From NCBI RefSeq assembly GCF_036208045.1, contig NZ_CP121472.1, forward strand, positions 877,531-941,530: DNA of 64,000 nucleotides, written 5' to 3'. This stretch comes from Thiorhodovibrio winogradskyi. GTDB taxonomy: Bacteria; Pseudomonadota; Gammaproteobacteria; Chromatiales; Chromatiaceae. The notes below the pieces were generated by a model. It was given only the letters and a program-made list of their open reading frames with translations. It ran no database searches and was not told the origin of the DNA. Made by a program: the position numbers and the translations under genes. The first letter of the stretch is position 1, and each line of letters opens with the position of its first letter. Positions 60,522 to 64,000 of this stretch are shown in pieces.

Positions 60522-61451
60522 ATGCCGATCCCGAGTTTTGACAGTTTTATTGACCCGCTGCTTCGCCTGCTGACCGAGCACCCAGGTGGCTTGGCGACAG
60601 CCGAAGCACAGCGGCTCCTTGCGGAACAGTTTGCTATCGGACCGGACCAAAAGCGGGAATTGCTTCCCAGCGGTACCTATCCTGTCTATAAAAGCCGGAT
60701 TGGCTGGGCGCATGATCGTCTAAAGCGCGAGGGACTCTCGAGCAGTCCCAAGCGAGGCTTTTGGCAAATCACTGACAAGGGAATCGCTTATGCCCGCGCG
60801 AATCCAAAACTTTGCGCGGATGAACTCAAGCGTCTCGCCTATCCCAAGCAACGCACAGCACCCTTGGCGAGTGATGAATCGCCTGAAGGATCGCCGCCCA
60901 ATGATTCAGTCGGTGTCGACAGCCTTCTGGGAACACCAGATGACCGCATCGGCAGCGCTTTATCCGAGATTGAAGACAGCCTCCGGACTGACTTGCTTGC
61001 CAGAATTCGCAACAGGGATCCCGAGTTCTTCGAGGGCTTGGTGCTAAAGGTGCTGCGCGCCATGGGTTACGGCGCCGATGAAGACTCCTTGGAGCAAAGT
61101 GGCGGACCCGGCGACGACGGCATTGATGGCGTCATTTCCCTGGATCGACTTGGACTCGACAGAGTCTATGTTCAGGCAAAACGCTATGCCGAGGATCGGC
61201 CCATTACCAAAGAAGCGATCCATGGCTTTATTGGCGCGCTGCACCTTAAAGGTGCAAACAAAGGTGTCTTCATCACCACCAGCCGGTTCACCGCTGGAGC
61301 CGCTAGAGCCGCAGCAGAGGTGCGGGCGTTAAGTCTGCGTCTGGTTGATGGGGTGGAGCTGACGCGTTTGATGATCTGCTATCAGGTCGGCGTTCGTCAC
61401 GAATCCATCGCCATCCCGAAAGTTGATCTCGATTTCTGGGATGACGAATAA
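60522..61451 (+). CDS. mrr: Mrr-family type IV (modification-dependent) restriction endonuclease
   Basis: Colinear with E. coli Mrr: MPIPSFDSFIDPLLRLL... vs MTVPTYDKFIEPVLRYL...; ...YKSRIGWAHDRLKREGL...; and the catalytic region ...GGPGDDGIDGVISLDRLGLDRVYVQAKRY...GVFITTSRFT... A GTG at 60507 would overlap the pntB stop; the ATG at 60522 is preferred. Confidence 0.85.
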   Translation: MPIPSFDSFIDPLLRLLTEHPGGLATAEAQRLLAEQFAIGPDQKRELLPSGTYPVYKSRIGWAHDRLKREGLSSSPKRGFWQITDKGIAYARANPKLCADELKRLAYPKQRTAPLASDESPEGSPPNDSVGVDSLLGTPDDRIGSALSEIEDSLRTDLLARIRNRDPEFFEGLVLKVLRAMGYGADEDSLEQSGGPGDDGIDGVISLDRLGLDRVYVQAKRYAEDRPITKEAIHGFIGALHLKGANKGVFITTSRFTAGAARAAAEVRALSLRLVDGVELTRLMICYQVGVRHESIAIPKVDLDFWDDE

Positions 61452-61541
61452 TTCGTCAAGTAGCGCAATCAACCTGCCTGCATCCCACAATTCCCATGCC
61501 GCCAATCGAGTACGTTACCGCCGCTGTCGAGGTTGCATGAA

Positions 61542-64000
61542 TGAGGATTCTTCACGCCTTTTGGCTCCCTGAGCCAACCGATGCCTTTGTGCAGCGCGGC
61601 GCTTTTTGGCTGTGGGTGGAGACCTTGCCGCCTGCCGGCGCCGGTTCTGAGCGCCCCCGGAAGCCTGCTCGTCAATCAGCGGCGCATCCCTTTCAATTGC
61701 CAGTTCATTCCTGGTCCGAGTTGCTTGAGGAGCTGAGCCTGACGCCCAAGTCCGCGCGTGCCGCCAAGGCGCCATTGACCACTCAGCGCATCTGGTTGCC
61801 GAGTGCGGCGGGGGCGCCCTTGCCCTCGCCCCAGCTTGCCAAATCCTGGCCTGAGCCATTGGAGAGCGACGCCGGCGAGTCCAAGGATGCGGTCGAACTC
61901 AAGCCCTGGGAGGTTGACGGCTTTCAGCTCGAATACCCGATCAAGCAACTGGCCGACATCCATTTTCTCGCCTTCTATCAGGCCGAGGGACTAGAACCAG
62001 GCAGCGATTTTCTGTTCTGGTATTGGCTGACGCAGAACCTCAAACGCCTGCTGATGCGCGACCGCTATCTTCCCGCGCTGGTTTACCGTCAGCCGCCGAC
62101 GCCCAAGGGCAAGCGCAAACAGCCGCCTTATGAGATCCATGGCGGCTGGACTTGGGCCTCGGACGACTACGAGCAGCTTATTGCTAACGCGGTCGAGTGC
62201 ATGCCAGCGGCTTGTGCGGCGGGCTGCGACGGACTGGCCGAGACCGAATCCCTGCTGCGTCACGCCGGCGAGGTGCTGCTCGATGACATCTTGCGTGGAC
62301 TGGCCATTCCCGCCAGCTTCGCCAAGCGCTTTCAGGGCAGTCTGCTTGATGCTTGCCTGGCGCCGGCGCCGGCGGCTCGCCCTTGGACGGCGCCCGGCAC
62401 TGGATTCGAGCAGTATCGGCGCTGGCATCAGTGGCGTGAGCGCATCGCGGGCGGCGGACAGGATGCGCCCTTCACGCTCGGCTTCCGGCTGGTTGAACCC
62501 CAGCGCGAGACCGATGATGACTGGACGCTTGAGTTCGTCGCCGTGCCCAAGACTGACCCCTCTCGGCGCATGGAGTTGGCCGAGTATTGGGCCATGTCCG
62601 CCAGCGAGCGCCAGGCGGCCTGTCGGCAGCTCGGCGCCGGTGTCGCGCCCTCCGCTGTCGAGACCAGCCTGCTGCTCGACCTGGGGCAGGCGGCGCGCAT
62701 CCTGCCCAGATTATGGTCGGGACTCGACACCGCCACGCCCCAGTCGGTCAGGCTGGATCTGGACGCCGCCTTCCGCTTTCTGAAAGAAGACGCCTGGATA
62801 CTGGAGGATGCCGGCTTTAAGGTGATTGTTCCCGCCTGGTGGACGCCCAAGGGGCGCCGGCGGGTGCGCATCCGGCTGCGCTCCGGCAAACCGCGCGAGA
62901 AAGCCTCTGGCAGCGCGGCGGGAACCGGCATTCTCAGTCTCGATAATCTCATTCAGTACCGCTATCAGCTCGCCATCGGCGATGAGGCTGTCAGCGAGGA
63001 GGAATGGGAACAACTGGTCGCCGCCAAGACGCCCCTGGTGCGCTTCCGTGGCCAATGGGTCGAGCTGGATCGTGACCAGATGCAGGAGATGCTGCGCTTT
63101 TGGCGCGAGCACGGCCAAGAAACCGCCGAGATGGATCCGCGGGCGCTGCTGCGGCGCACCGCCACCGATGATTTGTTCGAGGTCGAGCGCGACGATGCCC
63201 TGGCCGAAATGCTCGAACGGCTGCGCGACCGCGGTCAGCTCGCACCCATTGCCGAGCTGCCCGGGCTGAACGCGGAGCTGCGCGAGTATCAGAAACGCGG
63301 TGTGGCCTGGATCGAATTTCTCGAGCGCCTGAATCTTAACGGCTGCCTGGCCGATGACATGGGTCTGGGCAAAACCATGCAGGTGATCGCCCGACTGGTG
63401 CAAGAACGCGAAGCGGGCGATGGTGACACGCCCGGCCCGACCTTGCTGATCGCCCCAACCTCGGTGCTTGGCAACTGGCGCAAGGAAGTCGAGCGCTTCG
63501 CCCCGCAACTGCCGGTGCTGATCCATCACGGCTCCGAACGCGCCAGCGATGCCAAAGCCTTTAAGCAAGCCGCTGCCGGCCAAGCGCTGGTGATTACCTC
63601 CTATGCCCTGGCGCGACGCGATCAGCCCGTGCTTGCCGCGCTCGACTGGCACAGAGTCGTGCTCGACGAGGCGCAGAACATCAAAAATCCCAAGGCCGCC
63701 CAGACCAAGGCCATTGGCAAGCTGCGCGCGACCCATCGCCTGGCGCTGACCGGCACGCCGGTGGAGAATCGGCTGATGGATCTCTGGTCCATCCTGCATT
63801 TCCTGAACCCGGGCTATCTCGATACCCAGGCACGCTTTCGCAAACAATTCGAGCTGCCGGTGCAGCGCGACCAGGATCCCATCCAGACCGCCACCCTCAA
63901 GCGCCTGGTCGAGCCCTTTATTCTGCGCCGGGTCAAGACCGACAAGGCCATCATCCACGACCTGCCGGATAAGATCGAGGCCATCCAATACTGCAACCTC
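61542..64000 (+). CDS. SNF2-family helicase with an N-terminal SNF2-associated domain (partial; continues past the window end). Absent from the ORF track because there is no stop in the window.
   Basis: Manual translation from the ATG at 61542 runs open to 64000: MRILHAFWLPEPTDAFVQRGAFWLW... SNF2 motifs: I LADDMGLGKT, Ia LLIAPTSVLGNW, II VLDEAQNIKN, III LALTGTPVENRL. Confidence 0.8.

Overview
High-GC (~65%) proteobacterial chromosomal window, probably gammaproteobacterial; the gene content (pilMNOPQ, glgBA, pntAA/AB/B, propionate/acetate-CoA ligase, lapB, galU) is compatible with a Chromatiaceae/Ectothiorhodospiraceae-like organism. Coding density is high and long same-strand gene runs dominate. 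In coordinate order: (i) A minus-strand run 14375->2253 holding a partial MtaB-like radical-SAM enzyme, a secreted Gly/Tyr-rich Hsp20-like protein, speE plus an unknown partner, an ArsR regulator, a PAS response regulator with a hybrid histidine kinase, and a five-gene signalling operon (PstS-like PBP, outer-membrane beta-barrel, periplasmic-sensing GGDEF-EAL protein, membrane-anchored P-loop protein, LMW phosphotyrosine phosphatase). (ii) Plus-strand lapB, galU, pilMNOPQ and mobB. (iii) A decayed accessory patch: an IS1634/IS4-like transposase C-terminal remnant with a frameshift, a stop-interrupted AAA_21 ATPase pseudogene, and an adaptor-less RND efflux permease. (iv) A 1.1-kb non-coding stretch with a promoter/small-ORF/terminator unit and an atypical tRNA-like cloverleaf (anticodon GCU, short variable loop). 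(v) An SPFH protein and a PrpE/Acs-family CoA ligase. (vi) The main candidate system: a ~17-kb minus-strand supra-operon (51754->34824). It joins a complete Vibrio cholerae cluster-I/F9-type cytoplasmic chemosensory system (double-signalling-domain DosM-like MCP, triple-CheW, CheB, HEAT protein, CheR, CheY, CheA, STAS, CheY, MCP) directly to an RsbR-RsbS-RsbT stressosome module, a second RsbT/W-like kinase, an RsbX-like PP2C phosphatase, an RsbU_N-domain histidine kinase, a CheY-like response regulator and a ParA/MinD ATPase. (vii) glgB and glgA (glgA carries a ~240-aa low-complexity N-terminal extension), then pntAA, a small coiled-coil ORF, pntAB and pntB, followed by an Mrr type IV restriction enzyme and a partial SNF2-family helicase. 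No CRISPR array or rRNA genes were seen.
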